Origin: Burkholderiales bacterium
GTDB lineage: Bacteria > Pseudomonadota > Gammaproteobacteria > Burkholderiales > SG8-39
Reading direction: 5' to 3'
Assembly (NCBI GenBank): GCA_035308765.1
Contig: DATGGA010000021.1
Location: 41,894-105,893 of the forward strand
Length of the DNA: 64,000 bases
Positions 19,086 through 30,315 of the stretch are shown here, one piece after another. Within the stretch, counting starts at the first letter, position 1; each line of letters begins with the position of its first letter. Below the pieces are notes generated by a model. It saw only the letters and a program-made list of their open reading frames with translations. It did not search any database and had not been told where the DNA came from. The position numbers and the translations under genes are program-made.

Positions 19086-20315
19086 TCAAAAATTCCTCTG
19101 AAACCAATCGCGCATCCGTCCGAACACCGCTCCGACGGACCCGCTCTGTTTGGAAACACGACCCTGCTGCAGCTGCGATGCGCCCTCGAGCAGCAGGCCC
19201 ATGGCCGTGGCGTAGCGCGGACTGCGCACCACGTCCGCGAGGCCGCCCGCGTAGCGCGGCATGCCGATGCGTACCGGCATGTGGAAGATCTCCTCGCCGA
19301 GCTCGACCATGCCCTGCATCATCGAGCTGCCGCCGGTGAGCACGATCCCGGAGGACAGCAGTTCTTCGTAGCCGGATTCGCGCAACACCTGCTGCACTAG
19401 GGAAAACAGTTCTTCGGCGCGCGGCTCGATCACTTCGGCGAGCGTCTGACGGGACATCACGCGCGGCGCGCGGTCGCCGATGCCGGGCACTTCGATCATT
19501 TCGTTCGCATCCGCGAGCTGGCGCAGCGCCACGCCGTGGCGCGTCTTGATCGCCTCGGCCTCGGCCGTCGGCGTGCGCAGCGCCATCGCGATGTCGTTGG
19601 TGATCTGGTCGCCCGCGATAGGGATCACCGCGGTGTGCCGGATCGCGCCGTGAGTGAAGATCGCGAGGTCGGTGGTGCCGCCGCCGATGTCCACCAGGCA
19701 GACGCCGAGGTCGCGCTCGTCGTCCGACAGCACCGCGCGCGCCGACGCGAGCGGCTGCAGGATCAGGTCGTTCACGTCCAGACCGCAGCGGCGCACGCAC
19801 TTGACGATGTTCTGCGCCGCCGACACCGCGCCGGTGACGATGTGCACCTTCACTTCCAGGCGCACGCCGGACATGCCGACGGGCTCGCGCACGTCCTCCT
19901 GGCCGTCGATGATGAATTCCTGGCGCAACACGTGCAGGATTTGCTGGTCGGTCGGGATGTTCACCGCCTTCGCCGTCTCCACGGCGCGCTCGACGTCGAT
20001 CGCGCTCACCTCGCGGTCCTTGACCGCCACCATGCCGGTGGAGTTGAAGCTGCGGATGTGGCTGCCGGCAATGCCGGTGAAGGCGGAGGCGATCTTGCAG
20101 TCGGCCATCAGTTCGGCCTCCTCGAGCGCGCGCTGGATGCCGGCTACCGTCGATTCGATGTTGACCACCACGCCCTTCTTCAGGCCCTTGGATTCGTGGT
20201 TGCCCATGCCGAGCACCTCGAGCGTGCCATCAGGGCCGAGCTCGGCGACCAGCGCCGCCACCTTGGAGGTGCCGATGTCCAGGCCGACGACGAGATTGCG
20301 GTTCTCTTTCGCCAT
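19086..20315 (-). CDS. ftsA: Cell division protein FtsA
   Basis: 409 aa after trimming to MAKENRNLVVGLDIGTSKV (ATG 20315). Actin-like ATPase fold motifs. Confidence 0.96.
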   Translation of the reverse strand: MAKENRNLVVGLDIGTSKVAALVAELGPDGTLEVLGMGNHESKGLKKGVVVNIESTVAGIQRALEEAELMADCKIASAFTGIAGSHIRSFNSTGMVAVKDREVSAIDVERAVETAKAVNIPTDQQILHVLRQEFIIDGQEDVREPVGMSGVRLEVKVHIVTGAVSAAQNIVKCVRRCGLDVNDLILQPLASARAVLSDDERDLGVCLVDIGGGTTDLAIFTHGAIRHTAVIPIAGDQITNDIAMALRTPTAEAEAIKTRHGVALRQLADANEMIEVPGIGDRAPRVMSRQTLAEVIEPRAEELFSLVQQVLRESGYEELLSSGIVLTGGSSMMQGMVELGEEIFHMPVRIGMPRYAGGLADVVRSPRYATAMGLLLEGASQLQQGRVSKQSGSVGAVFGRMRDWFQRNF

Positions 20316-20316
20316 C

Positions 20317-21063
20317 TCAGCCCTTCCAGCCCGCGACGCGCAGCGCGAAGCCGTTCGGGTAGCGAAGATCCACGAAGCGATCGTCGGCAACGGCGCGCGA
20401 AGGCAGGCGACCGAGCGATTCCGGATAAGCAGCGACAAAGCGCGCCAGCCGCTGCTCGACCAACTCGGGGCCGTCGCGGCCCAGCTCGAGGTTGAGACCG
20501 CTTTGCGAGTGAAGCTGCCACGCGAAGCGCGGCGTCAGCACCACGCGGTCGGGCACCTCGCCAAGCGGCGCGAGCAGCTCGACGAACAACCGGTAGCGCC
20601 GCGCCAGTTCGCCTTCCGTGCCCGCGGGCCCCGCGAACACCGGCAGACGCGTCTCGCTGCCCTCTGGCAGGGTGGCCGCAAACGGTTCTCCGAACGTGTT
20701 CACGAGACCCGTGTCGCCCCAGCGGGCCAGGGCGACGTGTTCTTCGAGTCTGACTTCGATGCGGTCAGGCCAGACGCGCCGCAGGTCGACGTGCCGCACC
20801 CAGGGCACCTGCTCGAGGCGGACGCGGATGCCGGCGAGATCAGCGGCGAAGAAATTGCCGCCGATGCCCTCCACCGCACTTTCGATGTCTGCCGCCGCGA
20901 CGTTCTTCAACGCGCCCTGCAGCGCGATTTCCTTCAGCGGGAACAGCGGCGAGTGCACGAGGAGCTGCAGGCCCCCGAAAGCAAACAGCAGCGCCGCCAG
21001 CCCGATGAGGAAGTTGGCGGCCATATTCAGCAGCCTGGGGTTATCCCACATGGGCTCCCCCAA
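20317..21063 (-). CDS. ftsQ: Cell division protein FtsQ
   Basis: 248 aa. One TM helix then a POTRA-like region ([20 protein letters not shown]). Alternative start at 21051. Confidence 0.9.
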   Translation of the reverse strand: MGEPMWDNPRLLNMAANFLIGLAALLFAFGGLQLLVHSPLFPLKEIALQGALKNVAAADIESAVEGIGGNFFAADLAGIRVRLEQVPWVRHVDLRRVWPDRIEVRLEEHVALARWGDTGLVNTFGEPFAATLPEGSETRLPVFAGPAGTEGELARRYRLFVELLAPLGEVPDRVVLTPRFAWQLHSQSGLNLELGRDGPELVEQRLARFVAAYPESLGRLPSRAVADDRFVDLRYPNGFALRVAGWKG

Positions 21064-21976
21064 GGATCTGTACGCAAAGGTCCTCGTACGAAATTCCCAC
21101 CGCGCGCGCCGCCATCGGCACCAGGCTGTGGCCGGTCATGCCGGGAGACGTATTCGCTTCCAGCAACCACGGATCGCCTTGCGCGTCCAGCATCAGGTCG
21201 ACGCGGCCCCATCCGGCGCAACCCAGCGAGCCGAAGGAATCCAGCGCAAGCGCTTTCAAGGCCTCTTCCTTCGGCGCCGGCAGGCCGCAGGGGCAGATGT
21301 ACTTCGTGTCGTCGGTGAAGTATTTGTTCCGGTAGTCGTAGTTGCCCTGCGGCGCTTCGATCCGGATCAACGGCAGCGCCGCGTCGCCGACGATGCTGGC
21401 CGTGTATTCCGGGCCTTCGATGCATTTCTCGGCGATCACTGCGCTGTCGTAGTTGACCGCAAGCGCGTACGCCTCCTCCATATCGCCCGCAACGCGCACT
21501 TTGGTAATGCCGATGGACGAACCTTCGTTCGCCGGCTTGACCACCAGGGGAAGCCCGAGCCTGCCCGCGACACCCTGGATGTCGCCGCTCCCATCGAGCA
21601 ACTCGTAGGCAGGCGTCGGCAGGCCGCTCGCCCGCCACACCAACTTGGCGCGCGCCTTGTCCATGGCGAGGGCCGACCCGAGCACCCCGCTGCCGGTGTA
21701 GGGCACACCCAGCATCTCCAGCGCGCCTTGCAGCGTGCCGTCCTCGCCGCCGCGCCCGTGCAGCGCGATGAAACAGCGCGCGAAGCCCTCGCGCTTCAAC
21801 TCGAACAGGTCGCGTTCGGCCGGATCGAAGGGGTGCGCGTCGATCCCTTTCGAGCGCAGCGCCTTCAGCACGCCGCCGCCGCTCATGAGCGAGATTTCGC
21901 GCTCGGCCGATTTCCCGCCCAGCAGCACGGCGACCTTGCCGAAATGCGCAGGAGCGTCAATAGGGCCGCCGCTCAT
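21041..21976 (-). CDS. ddl: D-alanine--D-alanine ligase
   Basis: 311 aa after trimming to [30 protein letters not shown] (ATG 21976, ATGA overlap with the murB stop). Confidence 0.95.
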   Translation of the reverse strand: MSGGPIDAPAHFGKVAVLLGGKSAEREISLMSGGGVLKALRSKGIDAHPFDPAERDLFELKREGFARCFIALHGRGGEDGTLQGALEMLGVPYTGSGVLGSALAMDKARAKLVWRASGLPTPAYELLDGSGDIQGVAGRLGLPLVVKPANEGSSIGITKVRVAGDMEEAYALAVNYDSAVIAEKCIEGPEYTASIVGDAALPLIRIEAPQGNYDYRNKYFTDDTKYICPCGLPAPKEEALKALALDSFGSLGCAGWGRVDLMLDAQGDPWLLEANTSPGMTGHSLVPMAARAVGISYEDLCVQILGGAHVG

Positions 21977-22893
21977 GCCGCTTCCCCCACGATCTTCACT
22001 TCCGGAACCAGGTGGACGTGGGTTCTTTCCTCGACCACCGCCTGGACGTGCAGGATCAATTCCTCGATGTCGGCGGCGCTGGCCGCGCCGCCCGGATTGA
22101 CGATGAAATTGGCGTGCTTTTCCGAAACGCGGGCGCCGCCGATCTGGTGCTTTCTCAGCCCGGCGAGCTGGATCAGCTTCGCCGCCGTCTTGCCCTCCGG
22201 CGGATTGCGGAACACGCTGCCCGCGTTGGGCAGCTGCAGCGGCTGCGTCGAGCGGCGCTTGGAGAGCAGCGCCTTCATGATCTCGCGCGATTCCTCGCGA
22301 TCGCCCTCGGGCAGCTTGAAATGCGCCGACGCGAACCACTCGTCGCCGTCGCTGCTGGCGTCAGCCTTCAACTCGCAGTGCCGGTAGCTGTATTCGAACT
22401 CTTCCTTGCCCCGCCGCCGCAGCTGGCCGAGGCGGTTGATGGTCACGACGCGCTCGACGATGTCCCAGGTCTCGCCGCCGTAGCAGCCGGCGTTCATCGC
22501 CAGCGCGCCGCCGACGGTGCCGGGTATCCCGGTAAGGAATTCCGCGCTGCCGAGGTTGTTGTCGGCTGCGAAGCGGGCGACTTTCGGGCAGGCGGCGCCG
22601 GCTTCGGCGTACACCAGGCCCTCTTCGAGACGCAGCGGCCTGCCGGAGCCGTAGGTCAACACCACGGTGCCCCGCCAGCCGCCCTCGCGCACCAGCAGAT
22701 TCGATCCAAGCCCGACGAACAGCAGCGGCTCCTCGGGCGGCTGCTGCCCGAGAAACACCGAAAGGTCTTCCAGGTCGGCGGGTGCGAAAAAGCGCTGCGC
22801 GGGTCCGCCCGCGCGCCAGCTGGAGTGGCGCGACATCGGCTCGTTCTCCCGCAGCTCGCCGCGCAGTCCCTGGAATTTGAGCGTCTCGGTCAT
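21973..22893 (-). CDS. murB: UDP-N-acetylenolpyruvoylglucosamine reductase
   Basis: 307 aa after trimming to [20 protein letters not shown] (ATG 22893). FAD-binding MurB fold. dcw position. Confidence 0.93.
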   Translation of the reverse strand: MTETLKFQGLRGELRENEPMSRHSSWRAGGPAQRFFAPADLEDLSVFLGQQPPEEPLLFVGLGSNLLVREGGWRGTVVLTYGSGRPLRLEEGLVYAEAGAACPKVARFAADNNLGSAEFLTGIPGTVGGALAMNAGCYGGETWDIVERVVTINRLGQLRRRGKEEFEYSYRHCELKADASSDGDEWFASAHFKLPEGDREESREIMKALLSKRRSTQPLQLPNAGSVFRNPPEGKTAAKLIQLAGLRKHQIGGARVSEKHANFIVNPGGAASAADIEELILHVQAVVEERTHVHLVPEVKIVGEAA

Positions 22894-22895
22894 GA

Positions 22896-24272
22896 TCAGC
22901 TCAGCTGCGCCGCGACGTTGCCGATCGACCCGGCGCCCATGGTAAGCACCACGTCGCCGGCGCGCGCGGTGCTGCGGATCGCGTCGGCCATCCCGGCGAT
23001 GTCCTCGATGAAAAGCGGCTTCGGTCTGCCCGTTCCCTGCACGGCGCTCGCCAGCGCGCAACTGTCCGCGGCCGCGATCGGCGCTTCGCCGGCCGGATAG
23101 ACCTGGGCCAGCAGCAGCACGTCTGCGCTCGCCAGCACTTTCACGAAATCCTCGAACAGGTCGCGCGTGCGCGTATAGCGGTGCGGCTGGAACGCAAGTA
23201 CCAGCCGCCGCCCCGGAAACGCCACGCGCGCGGCGTCCAGCGTCGCGGCGATTTCCGCCGGGTGATGGCCGTAGTCGTCCACCAGCGAAAAGCTTCCCGC
23301 CGCCCCGTTGATCTTGACGTCGCCGTATTGCTGGAAACGGCGGCCGACCCCGCGAAAACCAGCCAGCGCGCGCTGGATCGCGTCCGCGGGCATCTTCAAC
23401 TCCGTGGCGACGCCAATCGCCGCGAGCGCGTTGAGCACGTTGTGGCGCCCGGGCAGGTTCAGCGAAACCTCGAGCGGCGCCTGGTCGCCGCGCAGCACGC
23501 GGAAGCGACTCTGCGCGCCGAGCTTGAGATCCGTGGCGCGGATCATCGCGTCCTCCCGCAGCCCGTAGGTGACGATCGGGCGCGAAACGAAGGGCATGAT
23601 CTCGCGCACGTGCGCGTCGTCCGCGCACAGCACGGCGCTGCCGTAGAACGGCATGTTGTGCAGGAACTGGATGAACGCCTGCTGCAGCCGCGGGAAATCG
23701 TGCTGGTAGGTGTCCATGTGGTCGGCGTCGATGTTGGTCACCACCGCGATCACCGGCTGCAGGTGGAGGAAGCTCGCGTCCGATTCGTCGGCTTCGACCA
23801 CGATGAATTCACCGGCACCGAGCTTGGCGTTCGAGCCGGCGGCGTTGAGCCTGCCGCCGATCACGAACGTCGGATCGAGGCCCCCCTCGGCGAGCACGCT
23901 CGCGACCAGGCTGGTCGTGGTGGTCTTGCCGTGCGTCCCCGCGATCGCCACGCCCTGCTTCAGGCGCATCAGTTCGGCCAGCATCAGCGCGCGCGGCACG
24001 ACCGGAATGCGCTTCGCGCGCGCCGCCACGACTTCCGGGTTGTCCGGGCGCACCGCGGTGGATACGACCACCGCGTCAGCGCCGCGGACGTTTTCGCTCT
24101 TGTGCTCGAAAGCGATGCTCGAGCCCATGGCCGAGAGGCGCCTGGTGGCCGCGTTGGGCGCGAGGTCGGAGCCGCTCACCTGGTAGCCGAGATTCACCAG
24201 CACCTCGGCGATGCCGCTCATGCCGGCGCCGCCGATGCCGACGAAATGAATGCGGCGGATCTTGTGTTTCAT
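22896..24272 (-). CDS. murC: UDP-N-acetylmuramate--L-alanine ligase
   Basis: 458 aa after trimming to [23 protein letters not shown] (ATG 24272). P-loop GTHGKTTT. Confidence 0.96.
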   Translation of the reverse strand: MKHKIRRIHFVGIGGAGMSGIAEVLVNLGYQVSGSDLAPNAATRRLSAMGSSIAFEHKSENVRGADAVVVSTAVRPDNPEVVAARAKRIPVVPRALMLAELMRLKQGVAIAGTHGKTTTTSLVASVLAEGGLDPTFVIGGRLNAAGSNAKLGAGEFIVVEADESDASFLHLQPVIAVVTNIDADHMDTYQHDFPRLQQAFIQFLHNMPFYGSAVLCADDAHVREIMPFVSRPIVTYGLREDAMIRATDLKLGAQSRFRVLRGDQAPLEVSLNLPGRHNVLNALAAIGVATELKMPADAIQRALAGFRGVGRRFQQYGDVKINGAAGSFSLVDDYGHHPAEIAATLDAARVAFPGRRLVLAFQPHRYTRTRDLFEDFVKVLASADVLLLAQVYPAGEAPIAAADSCALASAVQGTGRPKPLFIEDIAGMADAIRSTARAGDVVLTMGAGSIGNVAAQLS

Positions 24273-25330
24273 TTCGCAAGCTCCACGCAGCGATCGGCCA
24301 CGATGCGCGCCGCGTCGGGTTTGCCCAGGGTCCTCGCCTTTTCCGCCATCGCCAGCAGCGCCTTGCGGTCCAGGGAGCAGATCAGCACCGCCAGCTTCTC
24401 CGGCGTGAGATGCCGCTGCGGCAGCAGGATCGCCGCGCCCTTTTCCGACAGGAAGCGCGCGTTCGCCGTCTGGTGGTCGTCCACCGCATGCGGGAAAGGC
24501 ACCAGCACGCTGGCCATGCCGGCCGCCGAAAGCTCGGCGATGGTCATCGCGCCGGCGCGGCAGATGACGAGGTCGGCTTCGGCATAGTGGCGCGCCATGT
24601 CGTCGATGAAAGCGACGAGTTCGCCATGGATGCCGGCGGACCTGTAGTTGCCTTTCAGGGCTTCGAGATTCTTCTCGCCCGACTGGTGCAGTACGGAAGG
24701 CCGGACGTCCTGAGGAATGAGCGCCAAAGCCTTCGGCACGGCATCGTTCAGCGCCTGCGCGCCCAGACTGCCGCCGACGACGAGGACGCGCAGAGGCCCA
24801 TCCCTGCCCGCGTACCGCGCGGCGGGCCGGGCAATTGCGGCGATATCCGCGCGCACCGGATTTCCGGTCCATTCGGCGCCTTTCAGCGCGCCAGGGAAGG
24901 CTTCCATGGCCTTTTCCGAAATGCCTGCCAGCACTTTGTTGGTCAGGCCCGCGATCGCGTTCTGCTCATGAACCGCGAGCGGGCGCGCGAGCAGCGAGGC
25001 CATCATGCCGCCGGGGAAAGCGACGTAGCCGCCCATGCCGAGCACTACGTCGGGCCGGACGCGGGAGATCGCGCGCGCACTCTGCCAAAACCCCATCAGC
25101 AGATGGAGAGGCAGGAGCAGCTTTGCCGCCAATCCCTTGCCGCGCAGCGCCACGGCACGGATCCACTCCACCGGGTAGCCTTCCGCTGGAACCAGCCGCG
25201 CCTCCATGCCGCTGCGCGCGCCCATCCACACTACCTTCCAGCCGCGCCCGCGCATCTCGTCGGCGATCGCAAGACCCGGAAAGACGTGGCCACCCGTGCC
25301 GCCGGCCATGATGAGGATGGTCCCCGTCAC
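24269..25330 (-). CDS. murG: UDP-GlcNAc:lipid I N-acetylglucosaminyltransferase MurG
   Basis: 353 aa from GTG 25330 (GTGA overlap with the ftsW stop). [15 protein letters not shown] motif. Confidence 0.95.
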   Translation of the reverse strand: MTGTILIMAGGTGGHVFPGLAIADEMRGRGWKVVWMGARSGMEARLVPAEGYPVEWIRAVALRGKGLAAKLLLPLHLLMGFWQSARAISRVRPDVVLGMGGYVAFPGGMMASLLARPLAVHEQNAIAGLTNKVLAGISEKAMEAFPGALKGAEWTGNPVRADIAAIARPAARYAGRDGPLRVLVVGGSLGAQALNDAVPKALALIPQDVRPSVLHQSGEKNLEALKGNYRSAGIHGELVAFIDDMARHYAEADLVICRAGAMTIAELSAAGMASVLVPFPHAVDDHQTANARFLSEKGAAILLPQRHLTPEKLAVLICSLDRKALLAMAEKARTLGKPDAARIVADRCVELAK

Positions 25331-26514
25331 GCGTTGAGTCCTCTGGCCAACTGCCGGTTTTCCCAGTCGATGCGGATCAGCACCGCGATCGCGACGCAAT
25401 TGACGATCAGGCCCGAGCCGCCGAAGCTCATCAGGGGCAAAGTCAGGCCCTTGGTGGGCAGCAGGCCCATGTTGACGCCCATGTTGATGAGCGTCTGGAA
25501 GCCGATCCAGATGCCGATGCCCTGCGCGACGAGGGCGGTGAAATGCCGCTCGCGCATCGCCGCCTGCCGGCCGATGGCGAAGGCGCGCAGCACGATCCAG
25601 GCGAACAGCGCGATCACCACGAGAACGCCGACCAGGCCCAGTTCCTCGGCGATCACGGCGAGCAGGAAATCGGTATGCGCTTCCGGCAGGTATTGCAGCT
25701 TCTCGACGCTCGCGCCCAGGCCGACGCCCAGCCACTCGCCGCGGCCGAAGGCGATCAGCGCGTGCGACAGCTGGTAGCCCTTGCCGTAGGAATCCGACCA
25801 GGGGTCCATGAAGCCGAAAATGCGCTGCATGCGGTAGGGCGAAGACAGCACCAGCAGCACGAAGCCTACGCCGAGCATCGCCAGCAGCGCGCCGAAGTGC
25901 CGGCCGCTCATGCCGCCCAGGAACAGGATGCCGAACGCTGTCATCGCGACCACCACGAAAGCGCCGAAATCCGGCTCGCGCAGCAGCAGCCAGGCCACCA
26001 CCATCATCACCGCCAGCATCGGCAGCAGCCCCCTGCGGAAATTCTTCAGCACCGCGTGCTTGCGCACGGTGTAGTCGGCGGCATAGAGCACCACCGCAAG
26101 CTTGATCAGCTCCGAGGGCTGCATGTTCGCCACCCCCAGGTTCAGCCAGCGTCGCGCGCCGTTTACCTCGCGCCCGACGCCCGGGATCAGCACCAGAACG
26201 AGCAGCACCACGCAGCCGGCGAAGAACCATGGCGCGGCCTTCTGCCAGTAGCGCGCCGGCATCAGGAACACCGCGGTCGCCGCGCTCAGCGCGAGCGCGA
26301 GGAACATGGCGTGGCGCAGGAGGAAGTAGGCGGGATTGTTTCCCGAATAGCGGCTCGCCTCCGCGGTCGCGATCGACGACGAATACACCATCACCAGTCC
26401 GAGCGAGACCAGCAGCAGCGCCGCCCAGGCGAGCGAGCGGTCGTACTCGGGCGCCGGCGCGCCCGCCGTCCGCACGTTGCGCGTGTTGCTCCGTCCAAAG
26501 ACGACGCTCGCCAT
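25327..26514 (-). CDS. ftsW: SEDS peptidoglycan glycosyltransferase FtsW
   Basis: 395 aa polytopic protein. FtsW/RodA family features. dcw position between murD and murG. Confidence 0.95.
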   Translation of the reverse strand: MASVVFGRSNTRNVRTAGAPAPEYDRSLAWAALLLVSLGLVMVYSSSIATAEASRYSGNNPAYFLLRHAMFLALALSAATAVFLMPARYWQKAAPWFFAGCVVLLVLVLIPGVGREVNGARRWLNLGVANMQPSELIKLAVVLYAADYTVRKHAVLKNFRRGLLPMLAVMMVVAWLLLREPDFGAFVVVAMTAFGILFLGGMSGRHFGALLAMLGVGFVLLVLSSPYRMQRIFGFMDPWSDSYGKGYQLSHALIAFGRGEWLGVGLGASVEKLQYLPEAHTDFLLAVIAEELGLVGVLVVIALFAWIVLRAFAIGRQAAMRERHFTALVAQGIGIWIGFQTLINMGVNMGLLPTKGLTLPLMSFGGSGLIVNCVAIAVLIRIDWENRQLARGLNA

Positions 26515-27878
26515 CAGTTCTTCAACCCTCTGACTGCGGCGGCAAACGCCTCGCCGCGATGCTTGTAGTCGCGGAACATGTCGAAGCTCGCGCAGGCGGG
26601 CGAAAGCAGCACGGCTTCACCCGGCGCCGCGATCTGCGCCGCACGCGCCACGGCTTTCCCCATCGACGCGACGCGCTCCACGGGCGCGGCGCTTGCGACG
26701 ATCGCCTTTTCTATCAACGCCGCGTCCCGCCCGATGAGCAACACATGCTTGGCACGCTCCCGGATTGCGGGTACGAGCGGCGCGAAGTCCTGCCCCTTGC
26801 CCTCGCCTCCCAGGATCAGCACCGCTTTTTTCGACAATCCCTTGAGCGCCGCCACGGTGGCGCCTACATTGGTGCCCTTGGAATCGTCCAGCCATTCGAC
26901 GCCGCCGCGCAGCGCGACCCGCTGCATGCGGTGCGGCAGGCCGCGGAAGCTGCGCAATCCGCCGGCGAGCGCCGCAAGCGGCGTACCGGCGAGGACAGCG
27001 AGCGCGCAGGCCGCGAGCGCATTGGAGGCGTTGTGCGCGCCCGGCAGCGGCAAATCGGCGACGGCGAGGATGCGCTCCTTGCCGCGCACCAGCCATTGCC
27101 CGTCGATGCCGAAGTCCTCCGGCATGTCCGGAGCGTCGAGACCGAAAGTCACCTGCGTGCGCCCCGGCAGCGCCAGCGCCATCGATGCGGAATCGCAGCG
27201 GTTCAGTACCTGCGCCCCCCCGCCCATGAAGATGCGCGCCTTGGCCTCGGCGTACTCTGCAAGCCCGGCGTAGCGGTCGAGATGATCCTCGGAGAGATTC
27301 AGCATGGCGGCCGCGTTGGGTTCGAGGGACCAGGTGGTCTCGAGTTGATAACTGGAAAGCTCGAGCACCCACGCGGCGGGAGGTTTCTTTCTTTTTAGAA
27401 GAGCATCGAGAGCCGGAGGAGATATGTTTCCGGCGACCTCGCAATCGATGCCGGCCGACCGGAGCAGGTGTCCGGTCAGGGCGGTCACGGTGCTCTTGCC
27501 GTTGGTGCCGGTCACCGCGATTCGTTTGCCGCGCGCGGACCAGGCAAACAGTTCGATATCGCCGACGACCGGGATGTTTTTTTCTTTTGCTGTTTGTACC
27601 AGTTGCTCCTGCAGCGAGATGCCCGGGCTGATGCAGAGCAAATCCACGTCCTTCAGCAGGGCAGCCTTGAATTTCCCGGCGTGCAGCTCGCCCGAAAAGT
27701 CCTTTTTCCGCGGCGGCGCCGCGCGCGTGTCGGCAACCCGGACCTCGCCGCCCTGATCCTTGACCCAGTTCGCGACCGAGAGGCCGGTATCGCCCAGCCC
27801 GAGAACGAGGACCCGCTTGCCCTGCAGCTTCGTTGCGGAAGGCTTCCTGAGCAGCGAGAAGGCCGGTTCGCGCATCAT
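26514..27878 (-). CDS. murD: UDP-N-acetylmuramoylalanine--D-glutamate ligase
   Basis: 454 aa after trimming the 825-aa track ORF to MMREPAF... (ATG 27878). LGLGDTGLS Rossmann motif. GTNGKST P-loop. Confidence 0.95.
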   Translation of the reverse strand: MMREPAFSLLRKPSATKLQGKRVLVLGLGDTGLSVANWVKDQGGEVRVADTRAAPPRKKDFSGELHAGKFKAALLKDVDLLCISPGISLQEQLVQTAKEKNIPVVGDIELFAWSARGKRIAVTGTNGKSTVTALTGHLLRSAGIDCEVAGNISPPALDALLKRKKPPAAWVLELSSYQLETTWSLEPNAAAMLNLSEDHLDRYAGLAEYAEAKARIFMGGGAQVLNRCDSASMALALPGRTQVTFGLDAPDMPEDFGIDGQWLVRGKERILAVADLPLPGAHNASNALAACALAVLAGTPLAALAGGLRSFRGLPHRMQRVALRGGVEWLDDSKGTNVGATVAALKGLSKKAVLILGGEGKGQDFAPLVPAIRERAKHVLLIGRDAALIEKAIVASAAPVERVASMGKAVARAAQIAAPGEAVLLSPACASFDMFRDYKHRGEAFAAAVRGLKN

Positions 27879-28966
27879 CTGAGCTTCAACGTCGAGAGGC
27901 CGAACAGCACCAGCATCATGGTGATGATCCAGAAGCGCACCACCACCTGCGATTCCTTCCAGCCTTCCAGTTCGTAGTGGTGGTGCAGCGGCGCCATGCG
28001 GAAGATGCGTTTGCCGCCGGTCACCTTGAAATAAATCACCTGGATCATCACCGAGAGCGTCTCGGCGACGAACACTCCGCCCATGATGAACAGCACGATC
28101 TCCTGGCGCACGATCACGGCGATGGTGCCGAGCGCGGCGCCCAGCGCCAGCGCGCCGACGTCGCCCATGAACACTTCCGCCGGGTAGGCGTTGAACCAGA
28201 GAAAGCCCAGGCCTGCGCCGACCATCGCGCCGCAGAACACCGCCAGCTCGCCGGCGCCGGCGACATAGGGCAGGCCGAGATACTTCGCAAACACCACGTT
28301 GCCCGCGACGTAGGCGAAGATGCCGAGCGCGCCGCCGACCATCACGGTGGGCATGATCGCGAGGCCGTCCAGCCCGTCGGTGAGGTTGACCGCGTTCGAG
28401 GTGCCGACGATGACGAAATACGTCAGCACGACGAAGCCCGCCGCGCCCAGAGGGTAGGCGATGAATTTGAAGAACGGCACGATCAGCTGGTTCAGCGCCG
28501 GCATGCTCTGCGCCATCCAGCCGAGGTAGATCGCGGCGCCCAGGCCGAACACCGATTGCCAGAACAGCTTCGCGCGCGCCGAGAGCCCTTTCGGGTTCTT
28601 GTGTACCACTTTGCGGTAGTCGTCGATCCAGCCGATGGCGCCGAAGGCGAGCGTAACCAGCAGCACCACCCAGACGAAGCGGTTGCCCAGGTCGCCCCAG
28701 AGCAGCGTCGTGATCGCGATCGAGAGCAGGATCAGCGCGCCGCCCATGGTCGGCGTGCCGGCCTTGGTGAGGTGCGACTTCGGCCCGTCGTCGCGCACGG
28801 CCTGGCCGATCTTGTAGGCAGTGAGCTTGCGGATGACGTAGGGCCCGAGGATCAGCGAGATCGCGAGCGCCGTCAGGCAGGCCAGCACCGAGCGCAGCGT
28901 GATGTAGTTGAAGACGTTGAATAGGCGCACGTCTTTCGCCAGCCACTGGGCGATTTCGAGCAGCAT
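27875..28966 (-). CDS. mraY: Phospho-N-acetylmuramoyl-pentapeptide transferase
   Basis: 363 aa polytopic membrane protein. MLLEIAQWL... N-terminus and C-terminal HHHYELEGW motif typical of MraY. Confidence 0.97.
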   Translation of the reverse strand: MLLEIAQWLAKDVRLFNVFNYITLRSVLACLTALAISLILGPYVIRKLTAYKIGQAVRDDGPKSHLTKAGTPTMGGALILLSIAITTLLWGDLGNRFVWVVLLVTLAFGAIGWIDDYRKVVHKNPKGLSARAKLFWQSVFGLGAAIYLGWMAQSMPALNQLIVPFFKFIAYPLGAAGFVVLTYFVIVGTSNAVNLTDGLDGLAIMPTVMVGGALGIFAYVAGNVVFAKYLGLPYVAGAGELAVFCGAMVGAGLGFLWFNAYPAEVFMGDVGALALGAALGTIAVIVRQEIVLFIMGGVFVAETLSVMIQVIYFKVTGGKRIFRMAPLHHHYELEGWKESQVVVRFWIITMMLVLFGLSTLKLR

Positions 28967-30315
28967 CAGTGGACCGTCGCTTTCTGGCCACTCAGGATGG
29001 CGACCACCCGCTCCATCTTCATGAAGCGCGAGCCCTTGACGAGGATCGTCGTTACCCCTTTTGTTTCATCCAGCAGTTTTTCGATGCCATCGAAATGGCG
29101 GCCGCCGTCACCGAAGGCCCGCACCGCCGCCGGCGTCGCGGCGCCGAGAGCGAGGAGCAGCGCGATGCCCCTTTCCTTCGCATAGCGCCCGATCTCGGCG
29201 TGGAATTCCGGGCCCTGCTCACCCACTTCTCCCATGTCGCCCAGCACCAGCGCGGTAGGGCCCGGGCAGGAAGCGAGCACGTCGATGGCGGCACGCACCG
29301 AATCCGGATTGGCGTTGTAGCTGTCGTCGATCAGCGTCGCACCGGACAAGGTCTTCTTCACCTGCAAGCGGCCCATGTAGGGCCGGAACGCCGTCAGGCC
29401 GGCGCCGATCGCATCCGGGGGAATGCCGACGGCATGCGCACAGGCCGCGGCGGCGAGCGCGTTTCGCACGTTGTGCTCGCCGGGAATCGCGAGCAGCGCC
29501 CCGGTCTCGCCCGCCGGCGTCTGCAGCACGATTTCGCTCTCCAGCGGTCGCAGCGAATAGCTCCCGGTAACATCGCCCGAGCGGAGGCCGAATTCGATCC
29601 GCCGCCGCTTGCCCGCCTTCTCCCTGAAGATATCGGCCATCGCGTCGTCGGCGTTGAGCACCGCGACGCCGTCGGCGGGCAGCGCATCGAACACGCTGGC
29701 GTTCTCGGCCGCCACTGCCTCGACCGTGCGCATGAATTCCAGGTGCTCGCGCTGGGCGTTGTTCACCAACGCGACCGTGGGGCAGGCGATCGCGGCCAGC
29801 GCCGCGATCTCGCCGGGATGGTTCATGCCGAGCTCGACGGCGCAGTAGCGGTGGCCCGCGCGCAGGCCGAGCAGCGTCAGCGGCACGCCGATGTCGGTGT
29901 TGAGGTTGCCGCGCGTCGCGAGCGCTCCCAGTTCGCCCGCGTGGCGGCGCAGGATGGACGCGAGCATCTCCTTGGTGGTGGTCTTGCCGTTCGACCCGGC
30001 GATGGCGATCAGCGCCGGCGCGAAGCGCAGGCGCCAGTGCCGGCCCAGGCGCCCGAGCGCGAGGCGCGTATTGTCGGCAACCAGCAGCGGCAATGCAGCC
30101 TGCCCCGAATATTTTTCGTCTACCAGCGCGGCCGCCGCGCCGCGCTCCTTTGCCGCGGCGAGGAATTGGTGGCCGTCAAAGTGCTCGCCGCGGATGGCAA
30201 CGAACAGTTCGCCCCTGGCGACACTGCGCGTATCGGTCGAAACGCCGTCGAGGCGCGCTTCACCCCCCACCGTGCGGGCGCCCATCGCCGCCGCGGCTTC
30301 CGCGAGACTCATCAT
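28966..30315 (-). CDS. murF: UDP-MurNAc-tripeptide--D-alanyl-D-alanine ligase
   Basis: 449 aa. P-loop [10 protein letters not shown]. Mur ligase domain order. Confidence 0.95.
   Translation of the reverse strand: MMSLAEAAAAMGARTVGGEARLDGVSTDTRSVARGELFVAIRGEHFDGHQFLAAAKERGAAAALVDEKYSGQAALPLLVADNTRLALGRLGRHWRLRFAPALIAIAGSNGKTTTKEMLASILRRHAGELGALATRGNLNTDIGVPLTLLGLRAGHRYCAVELGMNHPGEIAALAAIACPTVALVNNAQREHLEFMRTVEAVAAENASVFDALPADGVAVLNADDAMADIFREKAGKRRRIEFGLRSGDVTGSYSLRPLESEIVLQTPAGETGALLAIPGEHNVRNALAAAACAHAVGIPPDAIGAGLTAFRPYMGRLQVKKTLSGATLIDDSYNANPDSVRAAIDVLASCPGPTALVLGDMGEVGEQGPEFHAEIGRYAKERGIALLLALGAATPAAVRAFGDGGRHFDGIEKLLDETKGVTTILVKGSRFMKMERVVAILSGQKATVH

Noticed and set aside
26514-28991. 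825-aa ORF suggesting a giant MurD fusion, and similar long N-terminal extensions of the murB, murC, murG, ddl, ftsA, TBDR, MCE and SPFH ORFs
   Set aside because: The extensions run through the upstream gene in another frame and translate to Arg/Pro-rich junk. Conserved N-termini with ATGA/GTGA overlaps or an RBS are found internally, so the genes were trimmed to those starts.
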